Origin: Rhina ancylostomus
Lineage: Eukaryota
DNA length: 64,000 nucleotides
Assembly (NCBI GenBank): GCA_030265395.1
Contig: JARFYF010000001.1
Location: 45,347,506 to 45,411,505 of the forward strand
Reading direction: 5' to 3'
Numbering within the stretch: the stretch's first letter is position 1; the number at the start of each line of letters is the position of its first letter. Under the pieces are notes generated by a model. That model made no database searches. It worked only from the letters and a program-made list of their open reading frames with translations, and was not told the DNA's origin. A program made the position numbers and the translations under genes. This document shows positions 12,442 through 23,860 of this stretch, in pieces.

Positions 12442-14149
12442 AGATTGAATGTCGCACGGTCTTGACGCGGGGACGTGTCTCGGAATAAACCGACTTCAAT
12501 TACAATACTGTTGAGCGTGACAAAGGGGGAATAAAATATTCAGATGCATTTTAAATTACAACGTCCGTTTGGAAATGAATTTTCAACAAAAAAGTCCTTT
12601 CCTAAGATTCGGACTGAGACGCTTGCGCTTGATTACCTTTTCCAAAAAAAAGATGCATTATCTTAAAAACATACCCAGCAATATTGTATAATTGCAGATA
12701 ATTATATTTTCTATTTGTTTATCGCTGATAATTGGGAGAATTATTCAATTCTCCCAATTAGTATTAATTTCTACTTTTCGGCTTTCTGACGTACCGTCTT
12801 TTGATTAAAAGTGGCTTTGCAATCGTTTTTGGAAAACAAAAAAAGATGTAAAATGGTTAAAATTAAACTAATTGCGTATGCATTTACGCTTTGCAGCCTG
12901 AGGGGGCCTGAATTCTAAAATATTAACATAACTTGAATAGTTTATATAAAAAGAGCGCCAGAAAAAAATAATTGAATTTACTTTTCAAATAACTTTGCTT
13001 AAGCGAAGCGAACATTGCGGTAATTCAGATATCTTGTCGAAAATCAAATGTATACACGCAAATATGTGCGGAACAAAATTAATATGCAGTATATTTTGTA
13101 TAACAAATTAATATAAATACCGAAGATTTACCGAAGACTTTAACTGTGGCTGTGTCTGAGTGTTTCTCGTCCACAATAGAGTTAAAATTGGGCAAAATAT
13201 CGCGTTTTGGCCTATTTCTATCTTTAAAAGTGGAAATGTTTTGTTATAATTACGCGAAGAATCGTGTTGAAAATTGCGAATTATCAGCTGAGTTTTTGGT
13301 TTATACAAATAAATGAAAAAATGCAGAAAAATAATATAGTTGCAGTGGTCCATTAAATAATCGACTTAAAATGACTGATTGTGTCCACTTTGAACGAACA
13401 TACAGTGCATGCATTGAGGAAGAACTTGAATTCTTTTGGTTAACAGTTAGTGAAAACATTGCTAATTTTATTTCCCTGCAGCATTCTGTGGGTTGAGACG
13501 ACCACCGGAGCGTGAGGAACAAAGTTCACTGGTGAATTCAAGTTTCACCAGATCAAGCAGTCTTTTCGATTAAACTTTAAGCGCAGTGATTTGAATTGGG
13601 GAAGGGGGGAGCGGGGGTGGGGGGGGGTGGCTGGTGAGGAATGGGATTCGGCGTATTCCTGNNNNNNNNNNNNNNNNNNNNNNNNNNNNNNNNNNNNNNN
13701 NNNNNNNNNNNNNNNNNNNNNNNNNNNNNNNNNNNNNNNNNNNNNNNNNNNNNNNNNNNNNNNNNNNNNNNNNNNNNNNNNNNNNNNNNNNNNNNNNNNN
13801 NNNNNNNNNNNNNNNNTGAAATGATGGAAATTGTATTCACAAGCATGATTTTCATTAGCTAGCAATTAACCTCCAAGTTTCAGTCAAGCGAGCATATTTT
13901 TTTTATCTGAGGCAAGGATTGCTCTTTCTTCCCGTTCTTCGTAGACACATTGTTCCACTAAGCATATTAATGCTAGTTGATAAAATGGTTTACTTTAAAC
14001 GGGCATCATTTTTTGTGCATCTGCTTCCTATCTAGACCTAATAATAGTAATAACTATTGCCGACTCACATCAGTTTATACGTAAACGACAGGTATCAGTG
14101 CGCCAGTACCTATATAAATATAATACAGAAAAGTCACATTTTTATATAT

Positions 14150-14185
14150 ATGTGTGTGTGTCTATGTGTGTGTGTTTACGTGTGC

Positions 14186-14229
<44 letters not shown>
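14150..14229. repeat. (TG)n microsatellite
   Basis: Interrupted and then pure TG run upstream of HoxD8. Confidence 0.92.
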
Positions 14230-14231
<2 letters not shown>

Positions 14232-14886
14232 GCTAAGTAGTCAGACAGAGTGACAGGCGCAAGCAGATTCTACAAGATTTACAGAAAGAGCCAGCACCAA
14301 ATAATCCCTAATGTTAATTCTAACTTTAGCCTTTTAGCCCTCCAGCCTCCCCCATCCCCCATTCCCCATTTTTGACTATGTCTTGACCTTGAGACCAGTC
14401 TCACCTTGTTGTGTTCTGAAATCTAATTGCTGTGCTGTAACCGGGCCAGCTTCATTTCTCTTCAGCTGAGTGGCGCACGTATTTCATGTTTTCTGTGATG
14501 CGGCCCGCCTAATTGTAATGAGAGGGTGCTGAATATATTAATCCGCATGTTATCTTTTTTCCCCGATCTGTATGCCCTCTACTTTTTAAAAAATATCATT
14601 TCTCAGCACAGACGTGTTGTCCGCGAAGGCAGTTACTGTAAACGGCAATCAAAGATCTCTTCAGCTGGCTTGCAACTGAGCTGCGGTTTCAAAGTGAAGC
14701 AGTCAAAGCAGTGAGGCAGTGGTGCACCTACAGTATTAGCGAGTATGTTCCACGGGGCATCAGTGCACACTGGACCTGCATTGCCATCATGAACACTGTG
14801 TAGACCGGGCAAACCAATAACATCACTCCAGTACTGTTTAACATTTATTTTGTTTATATTCATTGGCCATTCTAGAGTCTGCACAG

Positions 14887-15313
14887 ATGAGTTCATATTT
14901 TGTAAATCCATTCTACTCCAAGTACAAGCCAGGAGAAGCCCTAAGTCCCACTTACTACGACTGCCGGTTTCCACAGGACGTGACTAGCCGACACGCTGTG
15001 GTCTATGGTCCCAGCAGCGGCGCGAGCTTCCAGCACCCAGCTCAAGTTCAAGAATTTTACCATCATGGGACACCAGCACTTCCTAATACTGGCTTTCAAC
15101 AGAATCCTTGTGGAATTACGTGTCATGGTGACCCCTCTAAATTTTACGGATACGATAACTTACAAAGACAGCAAATTTTTACGACACAGCAAGAGGCCGA
15201 TCTGCTACAATATCCTGACTGTAAATCGTCTAGCAGTAATATTGGCGAAGAACCAGAGCACTTAAATCAGAACTCGTCTCCTACTCAAATGTTTCCCTGG
15301 ATGAGACCTCAAG
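14887..15313 (+). CDS. HOXD8: HoxD8 coding exon 1; CDS join(14887..15313,15537..15832), 240 aa
   Basis: MSSYFVNPFYSKYK N-terminus and PG8 hexapeptide QMFPWMRPQ. Donor G|GT at 15313/15314. Confidence 0.94.
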
Positions 15314-15536
15314 GTTGGATATATTAAAATTAGCTTCCATCTCACGTTTTACTGCTCAGTTCTGCCGCCAAGGTGTTTAATGCTATCTATAATAGTTAGC
15401 TTTAATAGGAACACTTTCTTTCTGTAACATGACCGACCAAAGCAAAAATCGTTGCCCTTGTGGCTAGTCTGTCGTTACTTGATTGTGTACATTTGACCCA
15501 ATCTTTATTGTCTTTTGTGTTTCTCGTGTTATTTAG

Positions 15537-15832
15537 CAGCGCCTGGTAGACGCAGAGGGAGACAAACTTACAGCCGATTCCAAACCCTGGAGCTGGAAAA
15601 GGAATTCCTGTTCAATCCGTATCTGACGCGAAAGCGAAGGATCGAAGTTTCTCATGCTCTGGGACTGACTGAGAGACAGGTGAAGATTTGGTTTCAAAAC
15701 AGGAGAATGAAATGGAAAAAAGAAAACAACAAGGACAAATTCCCAACCTCTCGGAACGACGATGAGGGGGAAGAGGTCAAGAAAGAACAGGAAGAGCCTG
15801 AGCAGGACACAACAGAGAAGGAGACCAAGTAA
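15537..15832 (+). CDS. HOXD8: HoxD8 coding exon 2 (homeodomain)
   Basis: Acceptor TAG|CAG. Encodes [70 protein letters not shown]; the YSRFQ motif is D8-like. Confidence 0.95.
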
Positions 15833-16217
15833 CTTTACCCCTTTGGCCTCAGAGAAGAACGCCATTCAGATTGTGCCAATTCCACTGTTATACGTGTTGA
15901 TCAGATTGAATCCTCCAGCACATTGATGGTTAGTTTGGTGTAAACAGTCCACCAGCTTTTGAAGTTCTTTCGAGCCTTAATTCAACATTATTTCAAATGA
16001 GGTCTGTGTGCATCATTTTAACCTTTTCGATCACACCCTGGCAGACATAGTATCAACTGTCCTATAGAATTTTGCAACTCCCTTTAAAAGTGGAAGTTGC
16101 AATATCCCAGAAGAAATAGCCATTTTGAATAAAGATTTTATTGCTTTTAATAGGAAAATATAAAATGAAATCGTGATTAATTTAGTTTGTTGATTTTATT
16201 TAGCATTTGTGATTACA

Positions 16218-16238
16218 CCCAACAACATGAACTGCCTA
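16218..16238 (+). promoter_or_regulatory. miR-196 target site in the HoxD8 3'UTR
   Basis: CCCAACAACATGAACTGCCTA compared with the reverse complement of miR-196a, CCCAACAACATGAAACTACCTA: one G:U pair and one missing A. Confidence 0.9.
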
Positions 16239-16857
16239 ATAGAATGGATTATTTGGAATGTATTGCGAACACACTTAATTAATGATAGAAACAAAACAGT
16301 GCACTTGCGATGTGTCTTAATTACTGTGCGTGTAAACTAATTGGTGGTGTATTGCGGCTGGAAATTCTCAACAATTACCTATTCTCTGAAATGCAGTTAA
16401 TAAACATAAGCAAAAAAATACAAGGTATTCCGCAGCAATAGTCACTTTTTATGATGGCCGAATGTGATTAAATTAATAAATGTTGATTAAATTTAACCGT
16501 GTACTTGTTTCATTTTACGACCAGTGTCCCAAAGAAAATAAAAGTAACGTGTGCTTGATAGAGAATCATTATGGCTTGATTGAGACAATCAGTTGAGATC
16601 GCTGCAATTATCATTTAGCCAGCGTTCTGTGGCTGTTTCGAGTAGTTCCTGCAAGATTAAATCGAATGTACTTTATTTTTGTTTACCTCTGCGGTCACAA
16701 GGTGTCCGTCTGCCATGCAGCACGGCAGTTCTGATCAGAGGATGAAAAAGACTGAAGATGGTGTATTTTTTTATATGTAGTTATACAAGTTAATGATAGA
16801 GCTGATGAGTAGAATATTAGTTTATCTATGCCCTATGTTAAATGTCCTTCGGGTGGT

Positions 16858-17970
16858 CATTGGCTAGTCAGATCACATGCCTGGCTCATGTGTGGCTAAA
16901 ACGACGCTGTAAAAGTTAGTGTTTTGTGTAAAGCTGCGGTCTACTGTACACGTATATCAGCAAATCTCGTAAAACCGACAATAAAATTCTAATACTACAA
17001 ATCACTCGGCAAACTGAGGACTTCTAGGTTCCAATTTATTCTTTTCCGCTTTACAGGCTGGAGGCGAAAGTAGAATCTCCAGTTGTTGAACAGCCTTCCA
17101 TTTTGCCATTAAACTTTACATAACCAGCGATCAAACCACATTTAAACTTTAACAGGATCAGAGCGCAAGCCCCATATACATCCTTAGTACCGGAATAGAC
17201 GATTTTCGATGTCCACCTTTATGCACAAGTTACAATGTCATGGTAGGGCTGAACAAAACAAAACAATGAGAGCAAACAGGAAACGATTCTAAGGAGGGGG
17301 AGGAAAAACATACCTGCTACCAATGTTATACAAACAACTAAAAAGAGCGGTATAAAATTATGAGTAGCGGAGTTCAAAATCCACGCTGAAAACGCAACGA
17401 TGTTAAGATACATTCATAAACAGCTCTCAGATATGTAATCGAATTTACTTATATATTGCACAATTAGGCGTTATACTTTTACAATGCCCTTATCCTGCCA
17501 GGTACAGTTGCCAACTTAAACATCAATTAACCATTTCGAAATGAGAAGAGACAAATTTGCAAACTGCAGTTTTGCTGTTAAGGTTTATAGAATATGTTCC
17601 ATGTATCCAATAAAAAAACTGGCTTCATGCTTTATGTTAAAGCAAACGCATTTCATCGGATTCATACAATATCAGAAAGGTCCCAATTGACCAAGTAGAT
17701 AAATGATTTCAGAAATAAATCAATGATTTAAGAAGTGATATCAAGATTTCATTTTCATGTTTGTTTTCTCCAGTCGGCGGAATATTCTTAGCACGATTTA
17801 TTTCACCAGTTTTTCAAAACTTATTCTCACAATCTAATCAAATTTCCCCACAATCGTATGCACAATTGTGTTTTCCCAATAGTGTTCCTGATATGAGTTT
17901 CCTTTAATAAAGAACGCTTATCTGAAAAATGCACAATCTCTATAATCAAATTCCAAACCAAATTATGAAA
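16858..17970 (+). pseudogene. Putative fossil HoxD7 (promoter/5'UTR retained, coding sequence decayed)
   Basis: CATTGG-N10-CACATG; TTTTGTGTAAA..TATATCA..CTCGTAAAACCGACA..ACAAATCA resembles the HOXA7/HOXB7 5'UTRs as I recall them; AGG ACT TCT sits where ATG AGT TCT is expected; correct collinear slot. Confidence 0.6.
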
Positions 17971-19588
17971 CAGAGCTATTTTGCCTTTGCTGTATTTTAG
18001 TGGATCAATTATTTGTCTTCGTTGCATTGGAAGCACCGACGGGTTGCACAATGGCAATAGGTCTGAATCTTAGTAATGATCTTATTAGATGATAGAAATC
18101 TCACTGGAGGGTTTCACTGGAGGAATGAATGATGCAAACAACCAGGAGGCTTTTTGAGTGGATTTAATCTGTGAAGGCGGGCCTTAAATTTCATAATTTC
18201 ATCGATTATTTTTTTAAAATAACAATGATATCCAAAAATTCCCCGACCTTTAGAGATACGAGTTGAAACAGCCTTTGTGAATCCGTACAAGTGGATTCTT
18301 CGTTTTTTTTCAATCCATTCGCTGTTTTAAGAAGCAGTCTTCTGCAGAAAACTTCCCAGCCCATCCTGCGTATATTCCAACCTCCCCACCCCACTCCAGA
18401 AAAAGAATTTTTGGATTAAGAGCTAATGGAATTTCAAAGGTTTAACATTTTATTCATGTTGCTTTGTATTTTAATTTCGCATCCCCACCAGTTTTGTGGA
18501 TATCGTCAGTTACGTTTGAGAAATGGGTGTTTAGCCGTTTAGCTTCTAGCGGGCTGTTGTGTATTATTTCCGTAAAATTATTTTGAAGCATGAGTCCAGA
18601 CACAATCTGCCTTCAACATACGTAACCCTGCGGGAAACGTGAGACAAGGGAGAAAGGTGGATACCAAATATCTACCAAGCATCTTCTCCCCTAATGAATT
18701 TGCTGTGTAGCATTGTGACATTGGCTGCCGAGCTCCCTCGCCAGCAGCGAGGAGAACAATTGCGGTTCAAACTGATTCAAACATTTTGCATTTTTCATTG
18801 GCGTTAAAAATATTTGCACGGAACGGAGCTATTTTTATCAATTTAACCTAAGTTGTTGTGAACACTGGGATGTGTTATTTCATTTTATTTTCTCTCCTAC
18901 AATGAAAATAGGAGGGGCATAATGAAATATTCCGCAGTGATTAGAAATGGAGGCTCGATATGTACCAAGATAGTCCCACATACTCAAAATCAGCTTCCTC
19001 TTTCTCACCTGTGTAGAATGCACCTTGGAACATTTATTGTAAGTTGTCACTCTGTTTACATTATTGCTTTTTATTGTTTGAATGAAAGCAGTCGCCATGG
19101 TGCAGATTTTAACTCAGTGGCCAAGCGTGTTTCAGATTCGCTTGTTTCTTATTCTTAACCCAGCCAAATAGAAAGGGCTCAGGAAATCATGTCAAAGCAA
19201 AATCCGGAAGCCCGTCTGATTCATAATAGCTAACATTGGGAAATGTGAATCATACCAGCTTCATTATTTGCAGGAGTTATTTATTCTCGAGAAAACAAAA
19301 TGTTATACTTGGCGCGTTGAAAACATGGACTAAAAGGCCCTAGATTATCAAATCGCACGGGTTTGGTTGCTGTGGTGTGAAGTACCCACTGTAGAAAGAG
19401 TTATTCCACTTTATGTTTACGTTGTTGCTGCACTTCCGCCTGTGCAGTTGGTTGGAAGGTTCGTTACAATGCATGTTATATAACAAATAGCTGTAGCAAA
19501 GAACTCGTTAAAGGAAACATGGCGCTTGCGAGCTGTACTTGCGAAATCCGCAAGGAATTGCTGCGAATTCCTTTTTGTTTGAAGAAAA

Positions 19589-20057
19589 TTTACAACTTTG
19601 TAATGGACCTTTTACGAGGGAGTCCGCGCTCCCATTGGCTAGTTTTGGTCATGTGAATCAAGTAACTGCGTTCATGGCCTTTTCATGATTTCCCTTGTGA
19701 ATATTTCACTGCATTCCGCTGCTAACTCGTCTCAAACCGTCTTTTCTGTCAGTATCTCCCCTTCCCTGCTTTTGTCGTTGGTATTTGGCGCCAGCTGCTT
19801 GGGAAAAAAGGAAGACTTTCCGCTCTATTCGCGGTGTTCAATCCTTTTCTGTATAACTATGAGGAAGTCATTCGACTCATGCTGGGATTTAGCAATCTGA
19901 TCTCTCTCACAGACCTCTGACGTCTGCTTACAGTCTTTTCATTTACCCTTCAATTCGCTTTACCTATTTTAAGTTATTTTGATAATCGAAACTGTACAAA
20001 TGGAATACAAAATCCATCTGGTTCCTATTCTGGGGCAGCGGCATGAAACCGGTAAGT
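19589..20057 (+). promoter_or_regulatory. Orphan Hox-type promoter with a probable non-coding first exon (donor at 20052)
   Basis: TTTACAAC 19589, TTTTACGAG 19610, CATTGG 19633, GGTCATGTG 19647-19655; perfect donor CCG|GTAAGT at 20051/20052; no Hox CDS follows. Confidence 0.55.
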
Positions 20058-22849
20058 CTTTTTGCTCTTGCCTGCTCGGCTGTTGCAGATAGCAGTGTTG
20101 TAATGGGAGGCAACGACGTTGTCTTCGCTGGTTGAGTTCTCGGCAGCTGTTTGGCAGGTCGAGGAATGCTCGACATAAATTAATAAACAGCAAGACTGAT
20201 TTTCAAACGGCGTATTCTAACCAGGTCCAGGTGGTCGATTGAGTACAAACGGTGGCTGTGCAGCAGATTCATTAGATATTTATTTTCCGCAATGTGACCG
20301 AGAGTTGCGAATCTTGCCTATCTTTGAGATGATAACCTTACTACAAGCCAGCTGACATTTGTGGAGATTGGTCGGATTGCCTAGTTCAATTGAGATTTAA
20401 TTTGTAAAAAATATATTTTTGTTACTTTTAGTACTGATGGCTCTCTGGTTCTGGTTAATTTGCGGGAGGGTTGCCCGGTGAACTGCCTCAGTGATTGGCG
20501 GCTTCAGTCTGTTTTTGCTGATCTGTGGTATTCCATGCTATTTTCTATCTCGCAGCCGAGGGTGGGAAGGCTGGGCTCTTTTGCTCTGTCAAATGAAAAG
20601 TTGGAGCAATGAATGATGGATTTGTGTTAATGATCTTAATAAGTCTGTGAAGCAATCACTGGCTTTAGAAACATCGAGAGCTATGGGATTTGGGGGGAAA
20701 TGCTTAGCTAACATTTTGATGATATTTTACCACGTGACAGTAGTTTGCGCAAATGAGCAGTACTCTTAGAATAATTTTCCCGCGGTCAACATCAGACATG
20801 TTTTCAATATGTTAATGACGAATAGAGGGTCATAGATATTTCTAATATTTTGTCGTTGTGCAAATAATTTTGGTTTGTACATTTGGTGAATTGTTTCTGA
20901 ACATGATATATCGAGTTGTGATTGTTCATACATTTATATTGCATATAAAAACAAGAATCTCTCCATTCTGGGAAATGTTTTTGATTTGATGTAAACAGCT
21001 GCAACTTCATATTAGTAACTTCATAATGTAACACAAGGATTGCAATCTTTTATTCTATTCTTATTTCTCAATGTTAATTATTAATTGCAAGAGTCTGTTG
21101 GGGAAATATAGCAATGGGAAATATGTAACGGACAACATATGATCATGTGTTATTGTAAGCAGAAAAGTAATGTGAATATTTCTATAATTGATTTCTTTTT
21201 CTTAGCCAATTGTTTGTATTTCCGCTGATTAAATGTTCGAAAAGAATTGCTCCTCAGAGATGTAGGAAGAAGTTTCCAGTTGCATGCACTTGAAAGTCAA
21301 TATTATTCCACTATAAACTGATTCATCTTTCAGATTCCAGATTATTTACAGGAAACGAATAAAAATATATCAGCTTGACCCATGTAGTGTATGATTATAC
21401 AGATATTTATTCGGCGCTGACCACTGGTATCTGTTTGCAAATGACATAATTAAAACCCCATTTTCTAACCGAGTCTGTTGGACAGACCGACAGGTATATT
21501 GTTGAAATGAAACACCGGACACTAATAATTAGGTCACAACGTTTTGCTGGAACCAAATAAACGTCTCGTGACATTGTTGCTATTCTTCTATCGCAACATA
21601 AAAACTTAAATATTAATTGTCTACTTCAGGCATAACTGCCAAGAAAAATATGATATTTAAATCATATCAGATCGCGACCGTGAAGTGCATAATATTTTGC
21701 TTTATGGAGAATGCGCCTTGATTTTTAAGCAGTGATTGGCTTTAATCATATTCCGCATTGTGTTTCCATATACTTTTCAATGCATCTGCGATCGCTACGA
21801 TTTGTGGAACAGGAAAATATCATGCAGCAGTTTTTAATTAAGATCTTTTATCTCAGTTTAAAAAGTGAACAAGTTAAATATTTGTTAGATTTTTTCTCAT
21901 TAAACTAAATCTGTTTTGCATTAAGTACACACGGTCAGTTTTTNNNNNNNNNNCCTAATGAGACATAATTTGGGTTAAAAAAAATCTCGGAACAAAAAAA
22001 GTAAATCTTCATTATAAGTATAATTAGCAAGTGCATATTTCCAAATCACGATTCCTCTGACAATATTAAGGTGGGACTATTTATTTTCTTCAAGGCAAGC
22101 CAACAAAATATTCCATGATTTCTAAGTGGTAAATATGTATATCGTTTCGTGTGTGTGCTGTTTAGTTAATATGCAGAATTATATTTGGAAGCTTAAATCT
22201 GAAGGATTTTGCGCAGGATGCACTTTCTATAGTAGACCAACAATGCTCATATGTAATTATCAATCAATTTCAGTACAGCATTCAAAATTTCTTTTTTAAT
22301 GGACACATTTTAGTTCATCTGTGACAAAATGTGATCTGACTCTTCGCAACGTCGAATATCTTTTAATTCATAATGTTCTTTTTCATTTTTAATAAATATT
22401 TGTAAACGTAAACAACTCCCAGTACGGATCCTGCATAATTAATCTAAGTGCCTCGCAGGAATTAATTCATTGCGATCCTAGAAAATTGCTCACTCTTTAC
22501 AGGACTGATAAACGAATTTCCAGATCGCGATCTTCTCCCGAATTTATTAGAAGGGCCAACGCGCTGCAAAAGGAAAAATCAACAGAAAAAAATAATTAGC
22601 ATGTGGTGCGAGAACTGGTTTCTTTATTCCACAGTATGAACGGGGATTCCAGTCACGTCTAGTGGAAGGTTAATTACAAGCTATTTTGCGTCAAAAGTTT
22701 CAAGGACATAGAGCGGTGGTCTGGATTTCTTTTTTAATTTAGCTGCACTCAGAACTGGAAACCAAACGCTCAACTGTTCTTTAAGAACAGCTGATTAGTA
22801 CAGAGCAAATATAATTTCTTCCATCCACTGTCAGGCGGTTGCTGCAATG

Positions 22850-23860
22850 TTAGATTTACGAGTGCTCGAGTGCTAGACGGTTGGATTGTAGCAACTATGA
22901 TCCTAGCCCAGAATTATAAAAGAAAAACACAAATCAAAATTCCCCAACGATAAATGAAACCAATCCCTATATTATGACATTTAATCTAAAGTATACGTTA
23001 GCATGTTATTTTTTTTCTTTTTCCGTTTAAATGTAATTCATCTTAAGTTATAAATTGCTCATCTCTTTAATATCATATTTCGGTTTAGAACACCTTCAAT
23101 CCAGGCCCCATGCGGCACTACTACGAAACCTTAATCCTGAAAAGATTCCAATAACTCGGAGATCTGTGCAATTTCAGACAACAATGGACGGTGGGCCCAG
23201 CTACCGACTGCGTACTATTTCTTGCATCAGGCATGAATTATTTCGCAATACTTTAGCTCCATTCTCTCAAGTACCTGCTGACAAGAATCAGGCAGAGGAG
23301 CACAAAGAGTCCGATTTGCCCACACTACAAGACAATCCTGTAAACACTGTAAATATATTTCTACCGCGTCCAATAAATCAAACTCTGTCCAAACTAAAAA
23401 TTGCGCACGCGCGCGTGTTTGTGTAAGGGGTGCAGTGACCAAATAAACTGATGATCCTATTTCATCAATTCACTTACTTACCCAGGTAGTTCGGGGAACA
23501 CCCAATTTTACCCCCCCCCCCCAAAAAAAGCGCCCAGGAACAGATAACTGAAACCCACGTGCGTTAAATATTACTGCCACAATGGGCGGATCTTTGCCAA
23601 ATTCTTCAGACTCAGATTAATGCAGTCAGTGTTTTGACATCGTTTCATTGCCTTCATTAGTTGTGCCGTTCCGGATCACAACCAAGCATTTATAATTCCC
23701 CTATTAATCAAGGAGGAAAAGGCAAACGGTGTTTTTAAATATTACATTTATTGCTGTCGCAGTTTTCCTGTATTTGTGGCCAACTGGAATTGATTCGATG
23801 TGTCTCTAAGAGTGCTGCACCGCGAAACAATCTGTCCGAAGAAAGACAACGGCCTGAAAG
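22850..23860 (+). pseudogene. Possible fossil HoxD6 (weak)
   Basis: GGATTG..CTATGA..CTAG..TATAAA..ACAAATCA followed 17 nt later by ATG at 22954; faint Hox6-like codon fragments; correct slot about 2.4 kb before HoxD5. Confidence 0.3.

Noticed and set aside
15533-15865. Antisense ORFs over Hox exons (also 1151-1381, 7367-7597, 35117-35380, 59424-59642)
   Set aside because: Shadow frames of real coding exons with no independent protein features.
18101-18123. TCACTGGAGG repeated twice as a possible array
   Set aside because: Only two 10-bp copies; a local duplication, not a CRISPR or other structured array.
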